64,000 bases of DNA, taken from IMG/VR virus record IMGVR_UViG_3300009158_000031, positions 124,001 to 188,000 of that record; one strand, given 5' to 3'. Below the pieces are notes generated by a model that was not told the DNA's origin, made no database searches, and saw only the letters and a program-made list of their open reading frames with translations. The position numbers and the translations under genes were made by a program. Of this stretch, positions 18,568 through 29,200 are shown in pieces (positions within the stretch are counted from its first letter, which is position 1; each line of letters opens with the position of its first letter).

Positions 18568-19140
18568 ATGAAAAAACTACTAATCTTATTAATCTCGAGT
18601 CTTCCTCTTTTTGGATATTCACAAGACACTCTGGTAAAAAGACCTATCTATACTGTAAAATATTCTCAATCACTACAACAACCTCTTTGGTTAGAGTATT
18701 CTGTTAAAAGTCGTGAATGTGGAGCGAAACGAGATGGAATGGATTTTTATTCCGAAAAGGGAATTATAACAAGTGACAACGCTGATTATGCCGATAATGT
18801 TTATGATAAAGGTCATATGGCTCCTGCTGCCGATTTCTGTGTTAATCGAGAAACTCTATTACTAACATTTTCCTATCTCAATTGTGCTCTTCAACACTAT
18901 AAATTAAACCGAGGTGTATGGAAACAACTTGAATCAAATGAACGTGAATGGTCTAAAACTGATTCATTGATTATTCGAATCGATGTTATTTTTGAAAATG
19001 CTACCAAACTTCCTAGTGGTGCAACTATTCCTACTGCTTTTAAGAAGACTATTAAATTCTATAATTCAAAGAAGACGGTTGTTTATTACTTCAAAAACGA
19101 ACCTCCTACAAAAACACTAGATCAATATCTAGTTAAATAA
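18568..19140 (+). CDS. Secreted DNA/RNA non-specific endonuclease (NucA/Endonuclease_NS)
   Basis: Signal peptide MKKLLILLISSLPLFGYSQ; YDKGHMAPAAD; TFSYLNCALQ..LNRGVWKQLE. Confidence 0.92.
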   Translation: MKKLLILLISSLPLFGYSQDTLVKRPIYTVKYSQSLQQPLWLEYSVKSRECGAKRDGMDFYSEKGIITSDNADYADNVYDKGHMAPAADFCVNRETLLLTFSYLNCALQHYKLNRGVWKQLESNEREWSKTDSLIIRIDVIFENATKLPSGATIPTAFKKTIKFYNSKKTVVYYFKNEPPTKTLDQYLVK

Positions 19141-19144
19141 CTAA

Positions 19145-19201
19145 TTGTTAATAACTTTTGATCCCGAGATTTTTTAATCTCGGGATTTTGTATTATATTT
19201 G
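19145..19201 (+). promoter_or_regulatory. Composite early promoter, copy 1
   Basis: TTGTTAATAACTT at 19145; Bacteroidota -7 element TATATTTG at 19194 (49 bp later); internal palindrome at 19161-19186. Confidence 0.8.
19161..19190 (+). terminator. Perfect inverted repeat embedded in promoter 1 (terminator for upstream operon and/or operator)
   Basis: atcccgagatt-tttt-aatctcgggat followed by tttg. Confidence 0.55.
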
Positions 19202-19223
19202 TATATACAATTTAAAACAATAT

Positions 19224-19616
19224 ATGCAAAAGATTAGTGCTCAAGTTGTCCTCATCAACGAGGAAGGAAAAATTCTCTGTGTTTCTAGAAAAGATAACCA
19301 TTCTGATTTTGGTTTACCTGGTGGTAAATCCGATCCTGAAGATAATGGTGATCCCGTTCAAACTGCCATTAGAGAAACCAAAGAAGAAACCGGTTTAGAT
19401 GTTCACGATCTTAAACTTATATTTGCAATTCATAAATACGGTTTCATGAATTATACTTATGTTGCCAAGTATTCTGGTGAAATTCATTTTAATGAACCTC
19501 ATATTGTTAAATGGGCACCAATCAAATTAGCAACGGAAGGAACCTTCGGTGTGTATAATCAATTAGTTGCAGAATCCTTAAGAGATTCAAATTATGAATT
19601 CATCCGCCATTTTTAA
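19224..19616 (+). CDS. NUDIX hydrolase
   Basis: Nudix box GLPGGKSDPEDNGDPVQTAIRETKEETGL; start moved to ATG 19224, downstream of the promoter. Confidence 0.92.
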   Translation: MQKISAQVVLINEEGKILCVSRKDNHSDFGLPGGKSDPEDNGDPVQTAIRETKEETGLDVHDLKLIFAIHKYGFMNYTYVAKYSGEIHFNEPHIVKWAPIKLATEGTFGVYNQLVAESLRDSNYEFIRHF

Positions 19617-19618
19617 AA

Positions 19619-19675
19619 TTGTTAATAACTTTATTCAAAAAGATTTTTTTATTTCACAAAGATTTATTATATTTG
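19619..19675 (+). promoter_or_regulatory. Composite early promoter, copy 2
   Basis: TTGTTAATAACTT at 19619; TATATTTG at 19668. Confidence 0.8.
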
Positions 19676-19700
19676 TATATACAATTTAAACAAATAACAT

Positions 19701-19910
19701 ATGCAACCTTTCGTAATTACTCTATCCGCTAAAGCCGCAAAATCTTTTCTTAAAGATCTTCGATCAAATGCAATTTCATTACAAACCATCGTAGAAAAAA
19801 CCCATTTTACGCATTTCGGATTTATGGAAGATTCACCTAAACTCCAAATGGCAATTCATTTAGTGAAAGAAAGATTCGGTACTAAATCATTTTCAATTGA
19901 ATACATCTAA
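19701..19910 (+). CDS. Hypothetical early protein
   Basis: 69-aa ORF directly after promoter 2. Confidence 0.6.
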   Translation: MQPFVITLSAKAAKSFLKDLRSNAISLQTIVEKTHFTHFGFMEDSPKLQMAIHLVKERFGTKSFSIEYI

Positions 19911-19928
19911 TATTAAAACCAAAATCAT

Positions 19929-20348
19929 ATGAGCAATTACAAACAATGGATGAATCAAAAACAATCAGAAGTAAAAATAACAATTTCACCTTCTGATCTT
20001 GAGTACTCTGAAATTATAAAAGAATATACATTACTTACTGGATCTACGAATTATTACGATAATCGTGATCTATACAATCAAATTACCAATAATATACGAA
20101 AGGTAATTATCTTAGAAAATGTTTCTTTAAACGAAGCTCAAACTTTCGCTGAACCTTTAAGAATTACATTCCCTAATCAATGTGTTTCACTTTATGCTGG
20201 TGAAAATTCATTCGTTGGTAATACCACTTGGAACGATCAATTAAAAATGTTTTTTGAATATCCAACATTTACGGAAATTGGAAAATCCATAATGGCAATC
20301 CGAAAAGAAGAAGCAAACGCAATGGGAATCGAAGCATCTTGGGAATAA
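19929..20348 (+). CDS. Hypothetical early protein
   Basis: 139-aa ORF in operon. Confidence 0.6.
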   Translation: MSNYKQWMNQKQSEVKITISPSDLEYSEIIKEYTLLTGSTNYYDNRDLYNQITNNIRKVIILENVSLNEAQTFAEPLRITFPNQCVSLYAGENSFVGNTTWNDQLKMFFEYPTFTEIGKSIMAIRKEEANAMGIEASWE

Positions 20349-20363
20349 TCAAAATTAATCTAT

Positions 20364-20498
20364 ATGCAATATATCAAAAAAATCTATCGTGCAATACGAT
20401 GCAAATTTTGCGGAAAGAATATATCTTCCGTTGGTGCAGGAACCGAACCTCGACCTGAAATGTGTGAGCGATGCTATGAACATGGCGGAGATGAATAA
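20364..20498 (+). CDS. Small zinc-finger protein (not in ORF track)
   Basis: MQYIKKIYRAIRCKFCGKNISSVGAGTEPRPEMCERCYEHGGDE; two CxxC pairs; fills the gap up to promoter 3. Confidence 0.6.
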   Translation: MQYIKKIYRAIRCKFCGKNISSVGAGTEPRPEMCERCYEHGGDE

Positions 20499-20555
20499 TT
20501 GTTAATAACTTTCCTACAAAACATTTTTTTATTCCACAAAAAAGTATTATATTTG
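20499..20555 (+). promoter_or_regulatory. Composite early promoter, copy 3
   Basis: TTGTTAATAACTT at 20499; TATATTTG at 20548. Confidence 0.8.
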
Positions 20556-20579
20556 TTATAACCAATTAAAAAATAATCT

Positions 20580-20822
20580 ATGAATTCATTCTATGACAAT
20601 CTAAAAGGCGTTGAAAAAGTAATGTACAAAACAAAATTCGACTTTCACATGAAATATTCTACCGGTGCTACCAAAGATTCTGCACATACTGCTGGTATTA
20701 AAGAGCTAGAAAGACTTGGAAAAATGCGTAAAGAAATGGATCAACCACAAACTTATGTAGATCTTTCAACTGGTCGTAAATTTCGTTCAACCGAATCAGA
20801 ACTTATATCACGTAATTCTTAA
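20580..20822 (+). CDS. Hypothetical early protein
   Basis: 80-aa ORF after promoter 3. Confidence 0.6.
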   Translation: MNSFYDNLKGVEKVMYKTKFDFHMKYSTGATKDSAHTAGIKELERLGKMRKEMDQPQTYVDLSTGRKFRSTESELISRNS

Positions 20823-20842
20823 CATCATATAAATTATAACTA

Positions 20843-21088
20843 ATGAAAAAATTACTCACATTTGCTCTTATCATTGTTTCTATTGCAACTTCATGTAAAG
20901 AGCCAAAAAGTAAAACCGTTGTTAATCACATAGTTCAATCTATTGACACATCATTAAAATGGAATCCGACTATTCAACGAATGGAACCAATCTATGTTTA
21001 TCATTATATAGATGGTGATAGTGTAAGAATGGCTGCTGATCGAATAAAAATCGGTGATACCATACCATACATATATTATAAATACTAA
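20843..21088 (+). CDS. Putative lipoprotein
   Basis: MKKLLTFALIIVSIATSC-KEPK lipoprotein signal. Confidence 0.6.
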   Translation: MKKLLTFALIIVSIATSCKEPKSKTVVNHIVQSIDTSLKWNPTIQRMEPIYVYHYIDGDSVRMAADRIKIGDTIPYIYYKY

Positions 21089-21097
21089 TCTTTTCGA

Positions 21098-22933
21098 ATG
21101 AAAGTAACAGACATAAGTAAAAAATACGAATTACTCGATGAAATACAGCACGTCTTAAAAAGACCTGGAATGTATATTGGTTCAACCAAACCACATCAAT
21201 CATCCGAGTATTTTTTAGAAGATGGTAAATTTCAAAAAGAAGAAATTGAATTTAATCCAGGCTTTCTAAAATTATTTGATGAAATCGTTTCCAACTCGGT
21301 AGATGAATCTAAACGTAATAAGACACTAGATACTATCGTTGTAAATGTAAACGAACAAACAAATGAAATTACCATTTGGGATAATGGTGGTATTCCAGTT
21401 GTTCAACATACTGAACACAAACAATGGATTCCAGAATTAATCTTCTCAAATCTTCGTGCTGGTTCAAATTTCGATGATACTCAATCAAGAACCGTTGCTG
21501 GAACAAATGGTGTTGGTTCCACATTAACTAATATCTTTTCCAAGAAATTTACAGTAAAAACGGCAGATGGTAAAAATCAATACCTTCAAACCTTTTCCGA
21601 CAACATGGGAAAACGAACCGAAGCTAAGATTTCCAAATCTGATAGAAAATTTACTGAAATATCTTATATCGCGGATCTTCAACAATTTGGAATGAAATCA
21701 ATTGGCGAAAAGCATCTCAAAATGATGCGTAAACGTTTAATCGATATTGCCGCTGCAAATCCAGGACTTCGAGTAAATTTCAATAAAGAGAAATATCGTT
21801 TCAAATCATTTTTAGAATATGTTAAATTATACGTCAATGAAGCTTTATTCGAATCTTCAGAAAATTGGGAATTCGCTTTTGCACCATCAAACGGATCTTT
21901 TCAATCTGTTTCCTTTGTTAACTCCATTGAAACTAAGGATGGTGGAACTCATATCAATTACATCTTAAATCAAGCAGTTGAAAAACTACGAATTCTAATT
22001 AAGAAAAAACATAAAGTCGAGGTAAAACCAGCCGAGATTCGTAATCACATTTTTCTATTTGTTAATGCAACGGTATTCAATCCGGCATTCTCATCCCAAA
22101 CTAAAGAAAAACTAATTACCGAACCTAAAGATTTTGGATCTTCTCATATCATTTCAGATAAACTTGCAATGCGTATCTTTCAATCTGAAATTGTAAAATC
22201 ATTACTTGATTGGATAGATCGTAAAAAGGAAGCTGATGAAAGAGCACAACTTCGTAAATTAAACAAGAATTTAGATACCACCAAGATTCAAAAGCTAATT
22301 GATGCAAAATCTAGAGGTGATCGTGATAAATGTGTACTTGGTATATTCGAAGGAATGAGTGCATTAAGTGCCGTTCGTAAATTTAGAGAACCTCAATCAT
22401 TCGGTGCATTTCCACTCAAAGGAAAATTCCTAAATGTTAATGAACTAAAACCATCTGATGTTATTAAGAATCGTGAAGTAGTCGATCTTATGGGTTCGCT
22501 TGGACTTCGTTTAGGTGAAGCACCTGAAAATCTTCGATATGGTAAAATTTACATATATACCGATGCTGATCCAGATGGTGATGCAATCGCTGCATTGTTA
22601 ATTAATTTCTTCGCTAAATTTTGGCCAGAATTATTTACTGAAAATCGCATCTTCCGTATTATGACTCCTATTGTGGTTGCTCAAAAAGGAAAACAAACCA
22701 TGAGTTTCTATACTAACGAAGAATATCATAAATGGTTTAAAGAAATCGATCCAAAACCCTGGTCTATCGAATACAAAAAAGGTCTTGCATCTCTTGAAGA
22801 TGTGGAATACAACGATATCATTCGTAATCCAAATACTTTATTGCTTACTAGCGATAAATTATTCAAACAAACTTTATCTGAATGGTTCGGTGGAGATTCA
22901 ACCCCTAGAAAAACAAAATTGTTAAAAGCGTAA
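21098..22933 (+). CDS. gp39: DNA topoisomerase II large (ATPase/TOPRIM) subunit, T4 gp39+gp60 fused type
   Basis: HVLKRPGMYIGS, LFDEIVSNSVDE, DNGGIP, AGTNGVGSTLTN, FEGMSA, PLKGKFLNV, YTDADPDGDAI. Confidence 0.96.
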   Translation: MKVTDISKKYELLDEIQHVLKRPGMYIGSTKPHQSSEYFLEDGKFQKEEIEFNPGFLKLFDEIVSNSVDESKRNKTLDTIVVNVNEQTNEITIWDNGGIPVVQHTEHKQWIPELIFSNLRAGSNFDDTQSRTVAGTNGVGSTLTNIFSKKFTVKTADGKNQYLQTFSDNMGKRTEAKISKSDRKFTEISYIADLQQFGMKSIGEKHLKMMRKRLIDIAAANPGLRVNFNKEKYRFKSFLEYVKLYVNEALFESSENWEFAFAPSNGSFQSVSFVNSIETKDGGTHINYILNQAVEKLRILIKKKHKVEVKPAEIRNHIFLFVNATVFNPAFSSQTKEKLITEPKDFGSSHIISDKLAMRIFQSEIVKSLLDWIDRKKEADERAQLRKLNKNLDTTKIQKLIDAKSRGDRDKCVLGIFEGMSALSAVRKFREPQSFGAFPLKGKFLNVNELKPSDVIKNREVVDLMGSLGLRLGEAPENLRYGKIYIYTDADPDGDAIAALLINFFAKFWPELFTENRIFRIMTPIVVAQKGKQTMSFYTNEEYHKWFKEIDPKPWSIEYKKGLASLEDVEYNDIIRNPNTLLLTSDKLFKQTLSEWFGGDSTPRKTKLLKA

Positions 22934-22937
22934 ATAT

Positions 22938-24296
22938 ATGAAAGTAGCTGAACAGAAATCAAAATCGGTAACTGAATATCTGGATACCGAATATTTAAGT
23001 TATGCCAAGTATGTGGTGGAAAATCGTGCAATACCTTCGGTTATTGATGGATTCAAACCAACACAAAGAAAAATCATTTTTACTGCAAATCGAGCATGGA
23101 AGAATGGAACTGAAAAACCTTTTAAGATTTTTCAATTGAGCGGTAAAGTTGCAGTTGAATCTTTTTATCATCATGGTAATGCATCACTTGATGCTGCAAT
23201 TATTGGTATGGCACAATCATTTAAGAATTCACTTCCGCTCCTTGAAGAGATTGGTCAATTTGGATCTTTGCGATCTCCTGAAGCCGGTGCTCCTCGTTAT
23301 ATCTCAACTAAATTATCTAAAAATTTCAGATTGATTTATAAAGACTTCGAATTACTTACTCCTCGAATGGAAGAAGGAAATGAAATTGAACCTGAATATT
23401 TCTTACCAATTATACCTACTGTTTTATTAAATGGATCTTCCGGTATTGCAGTTGGATTTGCCACTAACATTCTTAACCGAAATCCAATTGATTTAATCGA
23501 TGCTTGTCTTGCGATTGTTAATGGAAAGAAATTTAAAGAACCTTTACCATGGTGGAGAGACTTTAACGGTAACGTTGAAAAAGTCGATGGCAGTGCATCA
23601 TCATTTGTATTTCGTGGAATCTATGATGTAAAAGATACTACAACCGTAGAAATCACAGAACTTCCACCTTCAATGACTCTTGAGAAATATGATAATATTC
23701 TTAATGGTTTATTGGAAAAAGGAATCATTCGTCATTATGATGATAATTGTTCAAATGGAATTAGCTATACCGTAAAAATTGGTAGAGCAGAAATGAAACA
23801 ACATGAACCTCGTCTTGAAGGTTATTTAAAATTAGCCGAAGCCGAAACAGAAAATCTAACTTGTTTAGATGAACGTGGTAAGCTAATCATTTTCAAAAAC
23901 GTAAATGAAATTATCAATTACTTTGTAAACTTCCGTCTAAGTTATTATGACAAACGAAAACAATATTACGTTGATCTATATACCCGAGACCTAACTAGAT
24001 TATCAAATCGAGCTAGATTTATTAAAATGGTTGTTGATAGCAAACTAAAAATTAATAACGTTCCTAAAGCACAAATCGAAGCTGAATTAATAAAGAATAA
24101 ATTCGATCAGCTAGATGGATCGTTTACTTACTTACTTTCAATGCCTATTCATTCATTAACGAAAGAAAAAATCGATGAATTGCTTAAAGATGTTGAAACC
24201 AAAAAATCTGAAATCGAAGAAATTCAAAAGTTAACTAAGGAAGAATGGTATAAACAAGACCTTATGGCTCTTAAAAAATCATTACAAACCAAATAA
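22938..24296 (+). CDS. gp52: DNA topoisomerase II medium subunit (T4 gp52/GyrA-like)
   Basis: RAIPSVIDGFKPTQRKI, FYHHGNAS, GQFGSLRSPEAGAPRYI (active Tyr), LLNGSSGIAVGFATNI. Confidence 0.96.
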   Translation: MKVAEQKSKSVTEYLDTEYLSYAKYVVENRAIPSVIDGFKPTQRKIIFTANRAWKNGTEKPFKIFQLSGKVAVESFYHHGNASLDAAIIGMAQSFKNSLPLLEEIGQFGSLRSPEAGAPRYISTKLSKNFRLIYKDFELLTPRMEEGNEIEPEYFLPIIPTVLLNGSSGIAVGFATNILNRNPIDLIDACLAIVNGKKFKEPLPWWRDFNGNVEKVDGSASSFVFRGIYDVKDTTTVEITELPPSMTLEKYDNILNGLLEKGIIRHYDDNCSNGISYTVKIGRAEMKQHEPRLEGYLKLAEAETENLTCLDERGKLIIFKNVNEIINYFVNFRLSYYDKRKQYYVDLYTRDLTRLSNRARFIKMVVDSKLKINNVPKAQIEAELIKNKFDQLDGSFTYLLSMPIHSLTKEKIDELLKDVETKKSEIEEIQKLTKEEWYKQDLMALKKSLQTK

Positions 24297-24301
24297 TTCA
24301 C

Positions 24302-24562
24302 ATGAAAAAATATATCATCATTGCGATTGCAGCCTTAATTATAGAAGCTGCTGGTACCATGTACATATCAACCGTTGCTGATAAAAGTATATCAATGATA
24401 TTTTGGGCTTCTCTTGGTCCTTTCCTCGGTCTACCATTTGTAGGCTATATGGTTGAATCTAAAACTTGGAAAGACCGTATAAAAATGGCTTTAGCCTCTT
24501 CTACTGGTTTTACTATTGGAGCGGCAATCATTTATGGAGTTAACAGCACTCATCTTTTTTGA
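24302..24562 (+). CDS. Small 3-TM membrane protein
   Basis: Three hydrophobic segments in 86 aa. Confidence 0.55.
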   Translation: MKKYIIIAIAALIIEAAGTMYISTVADKSISMIFWASLGPFLGLPFVGYMVESKTWKDRIKMALASSTGFTIGAAIIYGVNSTHLF

Positions 24563-24783
24563 TGGCCTAGTAGATATATTCCCAATAAGTATTTTGATTA
24601 TACTTCTCGGATCAATAGATGACCACCTTTGTTTAATGATAATTTTGTTAAGGAAAAACTTTATCAAATAAATTCTGGTCATTAGAGTATCATATATTGA
24701 ATCCATATTTTTAGATTATAGGAATACTATAATCATATACTATTTTATTATAGTTCTTAGATATATAAAATAAAACCAAGGAA

Positions 24784-25026
24784 ATGAAAGAGAACAAAGA
24801 TAGAAAATACCAAGTTCTACTCTCTCCTTCGGATGACCATAAATTAAAGAACATTATCATCAATTACTCATCGGTGAAAGGTCAATTAATGACGGCATCA
24901 GCTTATATTCGAGATATGATTAACAATCATATAAGAGAATATGAAGGAGAACAAAATTCGTTTGTGAATGAACGAGTTAAAGAAATTATTCAAACAACAA
25001 AACAAAATTCAAAAAACGAAAATTAA
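24784..25026 (+). CDS. Ribbon-helix-helix-like DNA-binding protein
   Basis: KYQVLLS strand, DDHKLKNI helix, TASAYIRDMINNHI helix (CopG/MetJ-like pattern). Confidence 0.5.
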   Translation: MKENKDRKYQVLLSPSDDHKLKNIIINYSSVKGQLMTASAYIRDMINNHIREYEGEQNSFVNERVKEIIQTTKQNSKNEN

Positions 25027-25029
25027 AAA

Positions 25030-25992
25030 ATGGAAAACAAAAATAATTATGAGGCAGGGATGAATGATTTAGAGAATCGTGAATTTCGCCAAGAAACGAA
25101 AATTGAAGAACAGGAAGTAAAACCTACTTCATTGGGTAAAGCTAGAGATTATACTGATCGTGGATCAGATGAAGCGGCTTTATTACCAGGTTATCATGAA
25201 ATCTATGCAGAGCAATTCCCATCAAAAGGAATTTTTTATCCAGAAGGAACTCGCTTTATGATTCGTGCAGCACAAGTAAAAGAGATTCGTCATTTCTCTA
25301 CAATCGACGAACAAAATCCCTTTTCGGTAGATGAAGCCTTAAATGAAATTCTTAATGGATGTATGCAAATTCGTGTACCTGGCCGTCAAGCATCTTTTAA
25401 AGATCTTAAAGAAGAAGATCGTATATTCATAATCATGGCTATTCGTGAATTAACTTTCCTTAAAGGTGAAAATCGTCTAATGTTAAGTGTAACTTGCAAA
25501 GAGTGTAGTACTGATAATGAACTTGATATTCGTAATGATGCATTTGAATCTACTAAATTAGAAGATACCATTATGAAATATTACGATCCAGAATCTCGTA
25601 TATTTGATGTACAAACTAAATCATCAGGTAATATTAAAATCTCTCCACCATCAATTGGTATCATGAGAGAAATTACTAAATATATTCAAAAGACTCAACA
25701 AGAAGGAAAGAAAATCGATCAATCATTCGTTAAGGTTCTTCCTTACATGATTCAAGAATGGAGAGGATTTACTGAAGCATCCATTAAAAATATGGAAGTT
25801 GAATTTATGCGTTGGGATACTACTAAATATCAAACAATGAGTAAATTAACTGAAATGACTCGAATAGGGGTAAAAGAAGAGCTAAGTCATAATTGCTCAA
25901 AGTGCGGTACGGAGTTGCGCACTCCCATTAGCTTTCCCGGCGGTATCAAAAGTCTTTTCGTTATTTCAGATATCTCTGGAGAACTTATTTAA
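25030..25992 (+). CDS. Baseplate hub/tail assembly chaperone (T4 gp26-like)
   Basis: PSKG..FMIRAAQVKEI, DRIFIIMAIRELT, CKEC and CSKCG zinc pairs, IKISPPSIG; precedes the tape measure gene. Confidence 0.72.
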   Translation: MENKNNYEAGMNDLENREFRQETKIEEQEVKPTSLGKARDYTDRGSDEAALLPGYHEIYAEQFPSKGIFYPEGTRFMIRAAQVKEIRHFSTIDEQNPFSVDEALNEILNGCMQIRVPGRQASFKDLKEEDRIFIIMAIRELTFLKGENRLMLSVTCKECSTDNELDIRNDAFESTKLEDTIMKYYDPESRIFDVQTKSSGNIKISPPSIGIMREITKYIQKTQQEGKKIDQSFVKVLPYMIQEWRGFTEASIKNMEVEFMRWDTTKYQTMSKLTEMTRIGVKEELSHNCSKCGTELRTPISFPGGIKSLFVISDISGELI

Positions 25993-26257
25993 GACTAAAA
26001 CTTATTTACTTTATCATCTACGACTACAGCCTTCAGAAATTGAAGGCATGTCGTATTATGAGTACGAATATATCACACAGAACTTGATAGATATATTAAA
26101 GGAGAAACAAGATGCCGAAGAACGTTCTCATAAAGGACAATCTGATAGTATGAATGTTAATTCCATGATGAAAGACGCTAAAAAGAGTTTACCTTCAATG
26201 CCTAGCATGGGTTCACTATCATCTTTCCCTGGAATTCCCTCCTCATTAAAAATATAA
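25886..26257 (+). CDS. T4 gp51-like/lambda gpT-like chaperone extension; open frame lacking a good start, probably reached by frameshift
   Basis: The +1 frame relative to 25030 is open from 25886 to 26257 and reads LFQISLENLFKTKTYLLYHLRLQPSEIEGMSYYEYEYITQNL. The first ATG (26048) falls in the middle of the gp51-like motif. Confidence 0.6.
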   Translation, partial: VIIAQSAVRSCALPLAFPAVSKVFSLFQISLENLFKTKTYLLYHLRLQPSEIEGMSYYEYEYITQNLIDILKEKQDAEERSHKGQSDSMNVNSMMKDAKKSLPSMPSMGSLSSFPGIPSSLKI

Positions 26258-26264
26258 TTTGTAA

Positions 26265-29200
26265 TTGAGCGCTAGACAAGTAAATGCACAAGAAGCAATT
26301 GTTTCCATCACTAGCAAGATGGAAGCGATGCTTCAGCAAGTGCAAACCCAATATGATCAGTCAATTAATTTATTAACGTCATTAAATACAACAATGACGG
26401 TTGATGTTGGGCAGGAGCTTAAGAAGCAAACCTCCTTACTTATGTCCATTGAGGCTAAGATAGGAACCAATGGAGGTAGTGCTGGCGAAGATAAAATGTT
26501 AGGCAAGAATTTAGAAATTCTCTCTAAAGGATTGAGTAAACTTGTTAAAGCGGCTGAAAAAATTAAACCTAAAACTGGCGAACAAGTAAAAGAATTTTTA
26601 GGTAATATAGCTGATGGTCTAGCTAGTTTAACTGATAAAATAGATGAAAAGAAAGCTGAAATTATAGCGAATACGGTTATAACTTTAGCAAAAGGTGTTC
26701 TTCTATTTGGATTAGCAATGACTCTATATGTAATACTCGGACCAACCGCAATGTTAGGTTCAATGCTATTTGGATTAACAATTAGACTCTTATTGAAATC
26801 TGCCGGAGAAGTAGATGAAAATTCGCTTAAAGGAATTGTTGCAGTTGCTGCATTAGGTCTTGGTGTTATATATTTTGGATTAGCAATGGCTTTATATGCA
26901 GTTATTGGTATTCCTGCAATGCTAGGTGCTGTTTTATTTGGATTAACCGTTAGATTATTAGCTAAAACTGCCGGATTAAATGATCCTAAAGTTGCTGCTG
27001 GAATTGTCGGAATTGCTGCATTAGGTCTTGGAGCCATATATTTTGGATTAGCAATGTTGGGTTATGCAATTATCGGTATTCCAGCAATGCTAGGTGCTGT
27101 TTTATTTGGATTAACCGTTAGATTATTAGTGAAAACAGCTGGTTTAAACGATCCTAAAGTTGCTGCCGGAATGCAAGCCTTAATAGGACTTGGTAAAGCT
27201 ATTTTAATATTCGGTTTAGTTATGTTGGCTTATGCAATTATTGGTATTCCTGGATTGATTGGTGCTTTGGTTCTTGCATTAACTCTTAAACTTCTTTCGA
27301 AAAGTATTAAGTCAATGGGATCTAATATGGTCAGAAAAGGAATTATAAATATGGCTTTAGGAGCTATTGCTATTATTCTTCTCGGATTAACTATTATATT
27401 ATTTGCAAAAGAGGTTCCTATAATGAGTTCTCTTTATGTTATTCTTACCATTGGTGCATTTGCTTTAGCCTTCTATATAGTAGGTAAATTCTTTAATGAT
27501 ATATTAAAAGGAGCTCTTGCAGTTGCTGCTATAGGATTAGGTATATCATTCTTAGCCTTAGGTTTATTCTTTTATAAATCAGTTGGAATGACTTGGGAAG
27601 AAACCGCAATGTTAGGGGTTACTATCGCTGGTCTTGGATTAGTAATGGGAGGTGCTGGTGAATTCTTTATGGAAATTATTAAAGGATCCGCTGCAATGAT
27701 AGTCGCCGGAATTGCTCTAATAGTTATTTCTGCGGGTTTACTTGTATTCGCTCAAACTAAATTAACATTTCAAGATGCTGCTATTCTAGGAGCTACCATC
27801 TTAGGACTTGGTGTTGTAATGGGAATTGCCGGTGCTGGACCGGTACCTTTATTTATTGCATTAGGATCTGCCGCAATGATTGTTGCTGGTTTATCTTTAG
27901 TAGTTCTTTCTCTTGGTCTTGGAGCATTCAAGCTAACCGGATTTAAAGTTGAAGATGCTTTATCTTTAGGAGCTGCTATAGGTGCAGTTGGTGTAACTAT
28001 GGGTATTGCCGGATTAGCCTCTCCATTTATTATATTAGGTAGTGCAGCAATGGCTATTGCCGGTGTTGCATTAATGCCTCTTGCATTAGGATTGGCCGTA
28101 TTCAAAGCTATTGGTTGGAAAAAAGGAACCGATGATGAGAGTTTAAAATCTGCATTAGGTTCCGTAATATCTGGTTTTCTTGGAGGAGATATGCCTGGTG
28201 GTATTCTTGCATCAATTAAATTTGCTGCTCAAGCGGCAGCTAGATCGGTTCTTCTATTCATAGCAATTCCGCCATTAATTCTTGCCGGTGTTGCTTTATT
28301 GTCTATCTCTTTAGGATTAGCCGCATTTAAGAAAGCCGGATTTACTTCTTCGGATTCTGCTAATATGGAAGCTGCTATTGGTGGTATCGTTGGAGCATTC
28401 TCATTAGTTACTGATAAAGAACGTCAGAAGAAAATGGGAATCAATGTCGATTGGATGGATTTAATGATTGGTATTATGGCACTTTCACAAGCCGGAAATA
28501 CTCTATCTTCATTAGCAAAAGGAATTCAAGCATTTGCTAATCTTTCAGTTATTGAATATGAGGTGGTTGGTGCTGGAACTAAAAATGCTAAAATCGTTCC
28601 TAAAGGAATTACCAAATTAAGCAAGTCCGATTTTGAATCAGCGGCTTATGGAATGGCACAAGTAATTGGGGCTATTGCCGAACCATTCGCTTTAGTTGGT
28701 AAATTAGAAAAGGGTACACCATCTGGAAATCCTTTCTATGATGCAATATTCGGTGGTGGATTTGTATCTGCCGGTATTGATGCATTATCAAGATCTGGAG
28801 ATACTCTTGTTAATTTAGCAAAAGGAGTACAAGCATTCGCTAATCTCGAAATAACTGAATATGAAGTAATTGGTGCTGGAACTAAAAATGCTAAAATAAT
28901 TCCTAAATCGATTACGAAAATGTCGCCGACAGATTTTGCTGCTGCCGGAGCCAATATAGCAAAAATTATTGCGGTTGTTGCCGAAGCATTCGCTAAAGTA
29001 GGTAAAGATGAAGCTGCATCTGAAGGAGTATTCTCTGGAGGATTCTTATCTAAAGGAGTCGAAGCATTAGCTAACATAGGAGAAAATCTACAAGGAATTA
29101 CTGAATCGGTTATTAAAGTTGCAACAGGAACATTTACTCCAATGACTGCCGTTCAAGACGGAAAAGGTACTAAATTAGTACCTGGAACTCCTATTAAAAT

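Noticed and set aside
24563-24783. AT-rich gap (and the 1551-1752 gap) as a replication origin, ncRNA or minus-strand gene
   Set aside because: No iterons, stable structure or convincing ORF was found.
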